A DNA stretch of 45,373 bases from Priapulus caudatus (taxonomy: Eukaryota): the NCBI RefSeq assembly GCF_000485595.1, contig NW_014577066.1, forward strand, positions 930,575-975,947, read 5' to 3'. Position numbers and translations under genes: made by a program. The first letter of the stretch is position 1; each line of letters begins with the position of its first letter. Under the pieces are notes generated by a model. It searched no databases. It saw only the letters and a list, made by a program, of their open reading frames with translations, and was not told the DNA's origin. Below are positions 33,374 to 45,373 of the stretch, piece after piece.

Positions 33374-35134
33374 ACAGTATAGACTGAAGAAGCACTGGCA
33401 TAATATAGGCTTGCTATCAGAAGGCAGGGTTTGGAAGACTGAGAAAAGGTGACAGGGAAGAAAGGGCCGAGGGCGGTAATTAAAGATGAGACTGGAGCGA
33501 GGGACCAAGGAGGAGGCAAACGCAAGGACAGGACGGGATGACATTGGTAGTTTTGCTGCCACAAGCTAGGGCGCCTCTGCCAAATCATAACACAGGTCTA
33601 GCTACCAGATAAGCGAATTTATTTTATATATCTATGGGCTGCGATATCCCCTAACCGCATTTTTTAAATGCATATCCATCAAATACAACTCCTCAGGTGC
33701 GATACTCTGCGCGATGCGCTACACCCACAGCTAACCGTAGCCAACTGTGTGGACGAGACTGCGTATATGCAGCGGCACGTTTACATGTCTATTTTCGACG
33801 ACATGTCTATTTATATGCGAGTCTTGCTTTCCTATTTCTCAGAGCCGGTATACTGATGCCACATATTATCATCAGTACATCTATGCTAGATACGGCTCTT
33901 TCCCTATTCTAACAATGCATGAATTTTTGCATAAATATCTTCCTTCTTGTAGATATTGCGCATAGTGCGCCAGAGCACGCGTTTCAGACTTGGCAGTATG
34001 GACTTGAAGAACACTGCACAGTGCATAAAATAGCTTGCTAAAAGAGAAAGCGGGTTGGGAGGACTGAGGAACAAGGCGGCAGGGAAGAAAGCTAAGGGCG
34101 TAAAAAGAATGAGGGCTGAGCGAGGACAAAGCTCCTGGAAGGACAGGAGGGGATGAATTAGTATTGTTTGTTTTCCACATGCTTATACGGGCGCTCTCGC
34201 AATCATACACACAGGTCTAACTCGATAACATTTATTTCATAAATTATGGCTGAGATAATCCCTAAACCATTTTAAAATCGCATATGCCACACAAGTAATA
34301 TCTCCTCTGGTGAGATATTGCGCATGGCGCTAATCACATTAACGTAGCCAAATTGTGTATGACTGTATATGCAGCGAGCCGCTTTAACATGCGAGGGGTC
34401 TTTCTTCCTATTTCTGCAGACAGGTATAGTTTGTGACATGATTATCCAATCTAATCTATGCTAAAAATACCTCCTCCCTATTCTACTAAGCATAACTTTT
34501 GCAAAATATTCTTCTTTCTCGGAGACTATTGCGCATCGTCGCGAGCCGTTTCAGGCGTGGCAGTCTGGACTGAAAGAGCACGCTGCATAATATCACGCTG
34601 CTATGAGTGAGGTAGGGTTGGCGAGGCCTTGAAAGAAAAGCTGGGCAGGGAAGTAAAGCTGAAGGCGGTAAAAAGAATGAGGCTGCGAGCGAGAGACAGA
34701 GGGTGAGCAAGGGAAGGACAGGACGGATGAATTAGTAGTTTTTTGCTGGCCCGCCACAGGCTAGGACGCTCTCCAATCATAAACACAGGTCTACTGATAA
34801 CCAATTTATTTCATAAACTCTATGGCTGAGATATTCCTAACATTTTAAATGCATAATCCAGCAGCAAAATATAACCTACCCTGGTGAGATATTGCGCATG
34901 CGCTAAACAACACGAACGTAGCAAAATTGTTGCCTACTGACTGGTATATGCAGCGGGCACCTTACATGCGAGGTCTTCTTCCTATTTCTCAAGAGCGGTA
35001 TACTGATAAAATATTATCTTATAAATCTTTGCTAGAATACCACCTCCGTATTCTAAATGCATAATTTTTGCAAAATATTCTTCTTCTTGGGAGATATTGC
35101 GCATGCGCGAGCACCGTTTCAGGCGTACAGTATG
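33374..35134 (+). repeat. three tandem copies of a ~570-620 bp unit; a fourth, partial copy lies at 45083-45373
   Basis: Units start cagtatagactga/cagtatggact/cagtctggact at ~33375, ~33994 and ~34561, with shared internal landmarks (acacaggtcta, gagatattgcgcat). Confidence 0.9.
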
Positions 35135-35335
35135 CATAGGATCGCAAGTACTCAAATCCAGTTTAAAAAGTAGGGGGGGGGGATAGACGTGGTTCAAGAG
35201 TGTGCGAGGAAGCGAAGCGACCGAAGTGGGAGGGCTCCCCCCTCCCACGGTAAGAACTTTGCGTATTTTTGATCCATAAAAAGGGCATTTTCGCGCATTT
35301 TAATTGCAAGTATCAACTATTGTTTCTATCATTAT

Positions 35336-35855
35336 CAGGGGCGGATCCAGAATTTTTGACAGGGGTGTGTCCAGGAAGAAATAAAGGGCACTCTTACCTG
35401 CTTAATTTTTCTTGTGTTTCAAAAAGCTGCCGAAGGCAGCTCATGCGACTTGCCGAGGGCACGTCGCCACTTAGGGTGGGGGGGATTTTTAAAAATTGGT
35501 ACAGTTTAAGAGCACCTGAGCAGTAATTTTGATTTATAGAATGCAAGATGGAATTCCAAATTTTTAGCAGAAAATTATCTTTTAAGTTATCCTACAGTGA
35601 AATTCAATCTATTGGATTGAAAAACAGAAATTTATCAGATCCGGTCCCCCGGACGCCCCGCGGACCCCTCTTTGCTCATTTCTAGGTTTATATAACGAAT
35701 TTATATATAGGCCTATCTAAGTAAATAATATAGTAAGTATAATAAATCTTTATCAGAAAAACTAGCTCTAAAAATTGGGATGACATTTTTTAGGGCACTT
35801 TGAAATTAAAGGGGGAGGGTCAGGACCCCCAGGACACCCCCCTAGATCCGCCCCT
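35336..35855. mobile_element. hAT-like MITE nested in X copy 2
   Basis: TIR (c)aggggcggatccag / ctagatccgcccct; absent from the homologous site at ~32183. Confidence 0.82.
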
Positions 35856-36200
35856 AAGTTTACATGCCATAAACTAGCTCCCAACGGGCAAAAGACGTTA
35901 AAACAACGTTGACACAACGTCGACAATCAACGTTGAAACGACGTTGAAAAATGTCTGGATTTGCAATTTTATTCAACGTTACTAATTCTAAATATTATAT
36001 TTCATCGACGGGTTACTAAGGGGAAGTGACGTCACTCCGCCCCCACCTATACGGTCGCGGTTTCTATATTCAGTTTAGGTTATTATATATATATATCTTG
36101 ATATATATCAATCAGGAGTCTTTTTTTATACTTTCTATTTTTTCACTTAGTGTAGTGTACCAGCACAAAATAATAATATTATAGAAGGGGCTTATAATTA

Positions 36201-37552
36201 TGGCATGTATTTTGTTTCATAATTCGACTTTTTGTTTTATGGTTGATTTTATTACATATAACATTCACGAATCGAATGCTTCGATTCACGGATCGAATGC
36301 TTTGATTCACGGATCGAATGCTTTGATTCACGGATCGAATGCTTCGATTCACGGGTCGAATAATTCGATTCACGGATCGAATAATGCGATTCACGGATCG
36401 AATAATGCGATTCACAGATCGAATAATGCGATTCACAAATCGAATGCTTCGATTCACGAATCGAATGCTTTGATTCACGGATCGAATAATGCGATTCACG
36501 GATCGAATGCTTCGATTCACGGATCGAATAATGCGATTCACGGATCGAATGCTTCGATTCACGGATCGAATAATGCGATTCAGAGTCGCATGGTTCGATG
36601 CGGTGCGTGCAGGAGCGTAGTGAAAGGAGGAGGTAGAGGGGGAGAATGTGGTGGAGGGGAGGGGGAGTTGGGAGATAGGGGAGAGAGGAGGTAGTGAAAG
36701 GGGAGAAGGTAGAAGAGGGAGGAGGTCGAAGATGGTGGGAGAAGGTGGAGGAGGTAGAGGAGGAGGAGAAAGTGGTGGAAAAGGAGGGGGAGGAGGAGGG
36801 TAGAAGGTGGTGGGGGAAGAGGGAGAGGAGGTAGAGGAGGGAGGAGGTAGAGGGGGAGGATGTGGTAGAGGGGAGGGGGAGTTGAGAGATAAGGGAGAGA
36901 GGAGGTAGTGGAGGGGGAGAAGGTAGAAGAAGGAGGAGGTCGAGGATGGTGGGAGAAGATGGAGGAGGTAGAGGAAAGGGAGAATGTAGAAGAGGGAGTA
37001 GGTAGAGGATGGTGGGAGAAGACGGAGGAGGTAGAGGAGGGGGAGAAAGTGGTGGAGAAAGAGACGGGGGAGGTAGAGGAGGGAGGAGGTAGAGGAGGTG
37101 GAGAATGTGATGGAGGAGGACGAGGAGTGGGGAGATAGGGGAGAGAGGAAGTAGAGGAGAGGGAGAAGGTAGAAGAGGGAGTAGGTAGAGGATGGTGGGA
37201 GAAGGCGGAGGAGGTAGAGGAGGGGGAGAAAGTGGTGGAGAAGGAGGAGGAGGAGGTAGAGGAGGGAGGAGGTAGAGGAGGTGGAGAATGTGATGGAGGA
37301 GGACGAGGAGTGGGGAGATAGGGGAGAGAGGAAGTAGAGGAGAGGGAGAATGTAGAAGAGGGAGTAGGTAGAGGATGGTGGGAGAAGATGGAGGAGGTAG
37401 AGGAGAGGGAGAATGTAGAAGAGGGAGTAGGTAGAGGATGGTGGGAGGAGATGGAGGAGGTAGAGGAGGGGGAGAAAGTGGTGGAGAAAGAGACGGGGAG
37501 GGAGAGGAGGGAGGAGGGAGAGGAGGGGGAGAATGTGATGGAGGAGGACGAC

Positions 37553-37599
<47 letters not shown>

Positions 37600-39198
37600 N
37601 NNNNNNNNNATGGAGGAGGACGAGGAGTGGGGAGATAGGGGAGAGAGGAAGTAGAGGAGAGGGAGAAGGTAGAAGAGGGAGTAGGTAGAGGATGGTGGGA
37701 GAAGACGGAGGAGGTAGAGGAGGGGGAGAAAGTGGTGGAGAAAGAGAGGGGGAGGTAGAGGAGGGAGGAGGTAGAGGAGGTGGAGAATGTGATGGAGGAG
37801 GACGAGGAGTGGGGAGATAGGGGAGAGAGGAAGTAGAGGAGAGGGAGAAGGTAGAAGAGGAAGGATGTAGAAGATGGCGGGAGAAGGTGGAGGCGGTAGA
37901 GGAGATTTGGAGAATGTGGAGGAAGTAGAGGAGGGGGAGAAGCTGGTAGAGAAGAAGGGAGAGGAGGTGGCGGAGAAGGAGCAGGGGAAGAAGGGGGAGG
38001 AGGTAAAGGAAGGGGAGAAGGTGGGGAGGAGGAGGAGGGGGAGGAGGTGACGGAGGAGGAGGGGGAGAAGGTGGTGAGGGAGGGAGGGAGTACGTTTTTA
38101 AATAACATAAATATAACTTTATTAGAAACGTTTTACGAACATTTGGGAAACGTTTCATTCATACCAAACCATAAAATAACCGAATAGTATAGCGTAGTAC
38201 ATGTATCTATGCGCATGGCTTCCAAGTAATTACCGGGTTACCTTTGTTTTGAATTGTTTTTTTCCGACTAACCGTTTATCAAACGAGATTTGCCATTAAA
38301 GTATAAATAACACGGCAACTCCACGGGTATTAAACGATATAATTTTATTCACTCAGCACTCTATTCTCCTATTTCTGGCCTTTAAAAGAAGCACAAGATT
38401 GTTTTTCTAGGTGCTTGCATATAGCGGGACGAGTTAATCAAAGTTGACTAGACACAAAACGAATATGTGCCATTTTCGCGGTGGTTTGCCGGTGTGGTGT
38501 TTTGAACATAAACATTGTTCAAAACTACCCATTGTCAACTCGAAGTGCTAAGAATAGATTGTAACATTATTATTTTATATATTCTGCTTATTATGAGCTA
38601 TAATACTTATAGAAATATATTAATGATCATAATGTAAAAATGCTCCAAAGTTGAACTAGTGCCGTTTTGCTCAAGTTGTTGATAGATGGCGCTATGAGTC
38701 GGAAACGTGGTCCGGTAAAAATTTCAGGATCGAATGATTCGATTCGCAGATCGAATGATTCGATTCTGGAATCAAATGATTTGATTCTGGAATCGAATCA
38801 TTCGATCTGCGAATCGAACCATTTAATTCTGGAATCGAATCGTTCGATTTTGGAATCAAATCATTCGATCTGCGAATCGAACCATTCGATTCTGGAATCG
38901 AATCATCAAAACCGAATGGTTTGATGCCAGGATCGAATGGTTTGATGCCAGGATCGAATGGTTTGATTATCTTTTCTGATATAAAATCAAATAATGTGAA
39001 CATTTAAAACAAGGAATTATTGTCGATTTATTGCATATAACATATGATTAAATAATCAAATATTATATGCGATAAATCAAATGTTATATGCAATAAATCG
39101 AATATTATATGTGATAAATCGAATGTTATATGTGATAAATCGAATGTTATATGTGATAAATCGAATGTGATAACATCAACGATAAAAAACATGCCATG
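36201..39198. mobile_element. ~3 kb foldback-like element with 21-bp subterminal tandem arrays
   Basis: Ends tggcatgt.tttt / aaaaaacatgccatg; ATAATTA direct repeat on both sides; the empty site is seen at ~44955; inverted gattc..gatcgaat arrays at 36265-36582 and 38727-38965. Confidence 0.7.
36620..38090 (+). repeat. polypurine (GAG-rich) repeat with ~180-bp higher-order period; contains (GT)n and a gap
   Basis: cgaggagtggggagatagggg recurs at 37121, 37304, 37621 and 37803. Confidence 0.9.
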
Positions 39199-39320
39199 AT
39201 AATTATGTAGGACCACATGCATGTTCAAAAAACTGGGGGGAGGGGGACATTTGATAGTGTGTCCCCCACCCTTCAAAAAGTGGGGGGGGGGGACGTGTCC
39301 TCCGTATCCCCGTGGCATTA

Positions 39321-40902
39321 TTACTACTATAGTACTAGAGCTACTACTACTAGTACTAATACTATATCAGGGTTCTCCAAGAGCAGTTATAGCCTGGCGG
39401 CCCGCCAGGCTATCGTCGAGCCCCGCCATCCTAAAATGCACCCGCCACTCTAAATATCATAGCCGCCATGCTAAATATCATAGCTCCCGGACCCCCCTAG
39501 CACGCAAACCGCCTTCGGCAATTCGCAAAGTTCTAGGACCGTAAAGGCAGCACCCGCCATGCTATAGTGAAAAAGCTTGGAGAACCCTGTATATAGTATA
39601 GTACTTTAGAGCTAGTAGTACTACTAGCTCCAAGAAATGGTCTTTGCTAGGATTAGAATACTCCTATACTAGACAACCCTTGCTTATATAGCAAGCAATT
39701 TACTCTAGCTAGTTCCTGATACTGACAATGACAATGGCAGTGGGAGATTGTAGTGGTAGGGGTGCATTAGTCCGAGCCGACGCAGACCCCAGTAATGGGG
39801 GTGATGTTAAACCCGCACCCTCACATTAGCAAAGCGGAGTTATAACGTCTGCATTTGCGGACTAGGGGTGCATATGATATAAGGCAAGGTCACATAGATG
39901 ATAGAGATGCCAGATAATGTATTAATTGTTTATATATAGAAAAAGAAGCTGTCAGGAAATCATTAGATACTATATATAATGCTAATGCAGTAAGCTGTAT
40001 TCATATGCTGCACTTTCGCCTGCTGTTATCGAAAATCGAAAATCAAAATACTAACTCGTTCGTACACAATTACGATACCACTGCCACAATGCTAGCACTA
40101 TTTTTAAAGTGGGCGGAGCCCCGGGGAAATGCAACAAATGGCGATTCTTAAACAGCGTATGGTTTGAAAGAGGTAACTGGGCGCACAATCCGAGTACTAT
40201 TTCGTATCACTATTTTATCAAATTTTCCATTAAATAATGGTCCGATTTTTCTTATGTTTGGAACTTTTTATGTTTGGAACTTATAGTGAAAACGCCTAAG
40301 ACCACATGGAAATGGAACCACGGCGAAATCAAAAGCTTCGCTCTCGCCCCCCCATCTGTACGACCCTTCATGTAAGTCGCGAGTTCCTCCCACGTCCCAA
40401 ATGTCTGCCCTCTGTGTCCCCCGCTAAAATTGCGGACTGTTCGTTGGCAGCTATGGATCCGTGCGCCTGTCTATGCATTCGGCGCACGGATCCATAGCTG
40501 CCAGTGCTGCATACTGTCGTAGGACGTTCCCGCGATCGCGTGCGCCTTGCCGTGGAACTGCGCGCAATATCTGCGCTCAGCGCTTAGGCCGTTAGGATCA
40601 ACATCTCCTTTCGGCAAAACTTCTCTGGTATCCCGTCTCTCTGGATTTGTATCAACCAATGGGAGTTGGGATGATGGGAGGTATGCAGGCCCTAGCTGCG
40701 AGTGACGGGGTGGGACTATAAGTATAAGTATAACTAAGTTATAACCGTACCGTATAACTCATAAGTATTACTATAAATAATAATTAATATAAGTATCACG
40801 AAGACGGATAACAGTGATGCTTATAAAGATACTTACCCAGAAAAAAAAGTTAAAAAAGAACAACAAGTACTTTATTACTGGACTAACGTAACTGTCTTTC
40901 GG
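39321..40902 (+). repeat. direct duplication of ~29614-31251 (5' part of intron 1 plus exon 1)
   Basis: Colinear sequence differing mostly by scattered 1-2 nt indels. Confidence 0.92.
40837..40902 (-). CDS. TSPAN33-like: duplicate copy of tetraspanin exon 1 (PKDSYVSPVIKYLLFFFNFFFW); the ATG lies in the N gap
   Basis: Near-identical to 31187-31251, in frame, with an intact gtaagt donor; abuts the gap at 40903-40922. Confidence 0.7.
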
Positions 40903-41867
40903 NNNNNNNNNNNNNNNNNNNNCACGCACGCACGCACGCACGCACGCACGCACACACGTATTCGCCTAGGCCGCCGTGGGCATGTAGTGGGTCGCGTGGG
41001 AAGTTTCCAATAAAGCCCGCTCGCGCGACGTGTTCACTTGCTATCTGTGTTGTGCTAAAGTGCACCTACTCAGAAAAACGAGACAAGAGTGATTTCTTTC
41101 GCGGCTGAAGCAAGAACCTTCATCTAAGCAAAGGTCAACGGAAACAATTCAGCGACCCTCATAGTGTTATCTATAGTTGCGGTTTCTTTTACATCTGATA
41201 TTGTAATATTCGAAGTCTTAGATTAAATAATAAAGCTGACGCGAAGTGCGCAAAGCGAAATGAGTTTGAACATGGAATGTCAAATTTGGTATGAGTTGCT
41301 GTAAAGACTATATAATATTTCCAAGTAAATTGCCCGTGAAGTAAGTGAACGAGAAATGATTCTAAAAGCTACAATGGTTTTGAAATCTAAATAAAAATAT
41401 ATCGCTATGCTTGACGCTTATCCTGAAATGCGGTTCTCCTCGTTATATTTTTAGCCGTTGCATCACTTCTAAGATGTCCTTCGCTTGTGGGATAACGTTT
41501 ACTGTAAATACATCGATGTCTAGACATCGGTGGCAATATAACACGACGTTTCTCATTACGATTGGCTTCGTTTTAGAAAAACTGAAGACGTATCGCGGGA
41601 GCAGCTCTGCTTTCTAATAAGCTGCAATCAAACAGTGAGCGTTGATTGGAGTTGTCCTTCGAAGAAATCATTTCCGTCGCAATTTGACAATTTTAATTTC
41701 CTACGCGAGTATCCCAATTCCCGATAGAGTTTCTTTCGCTTTAATGTATGTGTGTGTGGGCGGAGGGGGCTCGTGACTTGTCTAAGCTTTCAGTGCTTTT
41801 AGTGCATTGATCTTCCCCTTGTTGTTTTACATTGTATTGCATTACGCCGAATTACGTTTCATTACAT

Positions 41868-41953
41868 CAGGGATTAATAATGATTATTAACCCCTCATTA
41901 CATTACAATAATGACATGGCGCAATAATAACAATTGGTCATTATTAATCCCTG
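41868..41953. mobile_element. P-superfamily-like footprint with filler DNA
   Basis: 16-bp perfect IR cagggattaataatga, flanked by 7-bp ATTACAT (41861-41867, 41954-41960). Confidence 0.72.
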
Positions 41954-44839
41954 ATTACATTACATCAAATTTACGCAACGCGCTTTTATTAACGTCAATT
42001 TAAGAATCATATAACGATGCTTGCGTTGATATTAGGCAGTCTTGACATGTTTAAACATTAAAAAAGAAATGTTCGAATGTCATAAGATATATTTTTAGGT
42101 CGAATATATCAATATTCACACCGCAGTCTAGTTTTCGGAGGCGTTCACGATCTTCCAGCGCCATTACTGCTTAGTGTCAAGTTAATGGTAGCTGGCGAAT
42201 TACCAATGCTGGCACATGGCCATGCAGTGACAAGCGCAAGTTGGGGCGAGCCCCCCCCCCAATTCCACCAAGTTTGTGCTGAAAAGTTAACAGTTTTACA
42301 TCGTAAAATCGAAGCAAAGCTAGCGTGCAGACGAACTGTGAAGTTTGTGACGTGTAGAGAATATAGGTTTCGATGCGCGACGTGACAGTTTGTTTAGCGA
42401 TATAGCGCGCCTGACAGCAGACGAGCGCGTCGCAAGAAGCATCAGCTGCCCGAGAGTATCAATCATTGTGTATATATGCGCCTTACTTTACAGCCTTTCT
42501 GTCTTTTCGAGCATAGTATTACGACCCAAGAAGCATTTCCAGTTAGCGTCGAAGTTTGACCAGCGGACAACAAAGACAGGTGCCGAGACTGGCACCCACC
42601 GGAACATGCAAAGCGAGCCGGGAATTGCCATCGCGGCAGAGAAAAAGCGCCTCTACTCGGGCTTCGTTCCCCCACAGCCGTTCTCGTTTGCACGCAGTTA
42701 CTGGCATTTACATCCCGCCTAGTGCAAAAGAACACGATGTTGAAATAAGTGGCGATAGAACGCTGAGAGAAAATATAAGCCTATCATTATACATTTGATT
42801 CTACCGTTTAATCGCACCAAAGAGGATTACAGTGACAATATATAATATATATTACATTATAATATATATTACAATAATAAGACAATGGAAATTATCAATT
42901 CATGGGACTTTCGTAGTCGCATTTATGATTCGTTCTAGCTACTTGTTCTGATTTGACTAAATGCTTAACATCACACTCTTAGGAAACTCGTCTTCAGAAC
43001 AACAAAAAACGTGCATGTAAAGCTGCGTAATGCCTAATTCGGTTCAAAAGCAACGTAAACTATTTAATCGTTCGCGCATTACAACGAGGTTATTGCGCAC
43101 AAGCGTGGCCATTAACTCAATAAACATGAAGATTGATGTATGCGTGGACACGAGAAGAAGCCTCCGAAAGATCGCAAGAGTAAAATCCACGTCAGATACG
43201 AGTACGCATTGGTATTTTCTGTACATCCATACCCATACACATGCATATGCCCACACCCGCAACCACACCCATACCCATAAACAACTATGCCCATGCCCAC
43301 AAATAGATAAATGTTAAATAAAATGTGAATAATAAATTAATGAACTTAATAAATGTTAATAATCCTAAAATAAACGCGATTAAGTGATACGGCAAAGCGA
43401 TCCCTCAGTAGGCCTACAAACCTATATTGCATGTAGTATAATTGTTAAAATATTTTTAAAAAAAGGTCTTACCTTGTCATTGCTGTTAGATAACGAAATT
43501 CTGCACATCCCCTAAGAATTCGCACAGGCTACCAACATAACTTGGTTATTACAAGATAAAGGTAAGAGAAATAACAATTAAATTCCTATATTAAAAATAT
43601 TTATCTTGTGAATAAGGAAGATAAAAACACTTAGAACAAGAAGACACTTAGAACACGTAGAACACAAGAAAAAGGTAAGCAAAATAAGAAAATATTCTAA
43701 TGTTAGAAAAATGTATCTTGAGAGTGAAAAGGGAAAATTAATAAAAAAATACTTAATAAATTTAAAAAAAAGATTTTGAAATGGCGTAGTCTTAAAAGCA
43801 GAAAAAACAAGATTACATTTTAGGTTTCAGATATTTTCTCTAAGCAAGTAAAAGCGTTTTAGCAGTGTAGAAAACGCACGCACAAGATATATTGTTTTAT
43901 AGGCCTATGGCAGTTACGATACCGGTAGAAATGACTGCATTCATCCTAGGTTACCCAACACCTAGAATGCATCATTATACCTAACAGTTTCCCTTCAAAA
44001 TGTGGAGAAATGTTATTAAACATGATATCATTCTACAGATCAGAAATTCTCATATACGCGTTGCTGAAGCCAGCGCACCTTAATTGCGCCTATTTTGAGA
44101 AAAAGTCGTTTTACTTGCAGTTTTATATCTACATGGCACAGTATTCTAGACATCCATTCATGTAATTTTAATGTATAAACGCAGTGCAATAGTCCTTGGC
44201 CTTTTACATTAAACTTTTTTCAAGTCTCCTATATACACGAGTTGATACATCCAAAAACATATAGCAATGCATTTAACGGCAGTATTCAGCCGGCGTGCGT
44301 GTGTAAATTTTAAATTTAGTTAGATATTAGATCAATAAAATTATAATAATATCATAACATACTGGACGAATTTGCACGAAATTTCGCTCGATACACGTAA
44401 TACGTGGCAAGCAGACTCTAACGCCACGGAAGAATTTCGTTCCGGCTGATCTAAAGCGGATAAACGGAGAAATAAAACATCAGGCAAAACCGTCAAAATC
44501 ATAGGGCATTGTGAAGCTAACGGTGCGGTGAACGTGTTCATAGTGTTATATGAGCATATAGAGGATGAAAGCAGCGGCGGATAACATTGCACGTGACTTG
44601 CGATAGTCTAGCTCTTGGACTCCTGTATAGTAGGAGCTGGCTGTTATTAAACCTCCGAAAATCCGATTCTGCTCGCGGCCCGTCACTACTCTCACGCATG
44701 CATGCATGAGCGAAGTTATCGACCAGCTAGGCCTTCTATGAATAACGCTGAAGAGATGGAGCGAGAGGGTTAGGGTATACTACTTGTAGTTGATATAGGA
44801 GAAAGTACCTGAATAAAGCTGGTATGAAGGTAGTAACCG

Positions 44840-45082
44840 ATATATATATATAATATATTGATATATATCAATCAGAAGTCTTTTTAATACTTTCTATTTG
44901 TTCACTTAGTGTAGTGGAAACAAGCACAAAATAATAATATTATAGAAGGGGCTTATAATTATGCCGAACCACATGCATGTTTAAAAACTGGGGGGGGGGA
45001 CATTTGATAGCGTGTCCCCACCCTTCAAAAAATAGGGGGGGGGGGACGTGTCCCCAGTGTCCCTGTGGCATTTGCGCCCATG
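44840..45082. mobile_element. element X copy 3 (right half only)
   Basis: Homologous to 33130-33373, ends atttgcgcccatg followed by acagtata. Confidence 0.8.
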
Positions 45083-45373
45083 ACAGTATAGACTGAAGAA
45101 CACTGCATAATATAGCTTGCTATGAGAGGAGGGTTGGAAGACTGAGGAAAGGTGACAGGGAAGAAAGCCGAGGGCGGTATTAAAGAATGAGACTGAGCGA
45201 GGGACAGAGGAGGAGGAAAAGGAAGGACAGGACGGGATGAATTGGTAGTTTTGCTCCCCACAGGCTAGGGCGCTCTCCCAATCATAAACACAGGTCTACT
45301 GATAACAATTTATTTTATATATCTATGCTGAGATATCCCCTAACCATTTTAAATGCATATCCATCACAAAATA

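Larger units (their letters stand above)
35135..39319. mobile_element. element X copy 2, carrying two nested insertions, right end truncated
   Basis: Colinear with X copy 1 apart from insertions at 35336-35855 and 36201-39198 and the absence of ~32490-33130. Confidence 0.72.

Noticed and set aside
36179..38158. 659-aa and 618-aa Pro/Ser/Leu-rich ORFs
   Set aside because: They are translations of the polypurine repeat and a 21-bp array, open in several frames and spanning an N gap, with no domain.
43400..43868. A-rich segment ending ttttagcagtg (CACTG-type TIR)
   Set aside because: The matching opposite terminus could not be located.

Overview
Eukaryotic (metazoan, probably a marine invertebrate such as a lophotrochozoan; this is inference) genomic DNA, rich in microsatellites and non-autonomous DNA transposons, with four N gaps (1169-1178, 20923-20932, 37600-37609, 40903-40922). 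The only supportable protein-coding gene is a 7-exon, minus-strand TspanC8-family tetraspanin (TSPAN33-like, 277 aa; CDS exons 31187-31257, 27301-27504, 26878-27054, 26414-26551, 25458-25505, 25151-25267, 24265-24342; all introns GT-AG, all phase 0 once the 1-nt shortfall in exon 1 is corrected). Its exon 1 is present twice: the proximal copy is 1 nt short in a homopolymer, and the distal copy (40837-40902) is in frame but runs into a gap, within an indel-rich ~1.6 kb duplication. Nearly all other ORFs in the supplied track are repeat artefacts. The most notable hidden structure is a set of four tiny CA...TG palindromes with 15-25 bp arms, each flanked by a 7-8 bp target-site duplication. They look like P/Galileo-superfamily excision footprints, and one has a templated insertion. 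The window also holds a ~3 kb foldback-like element with a 7-bp TSD, multi-level nested MITEs, a HINE/DINE-like element just behind the tetraspanin stop codon, and a cryptic 30-nt repeat encoding a His/Asp-rich decapeptide.
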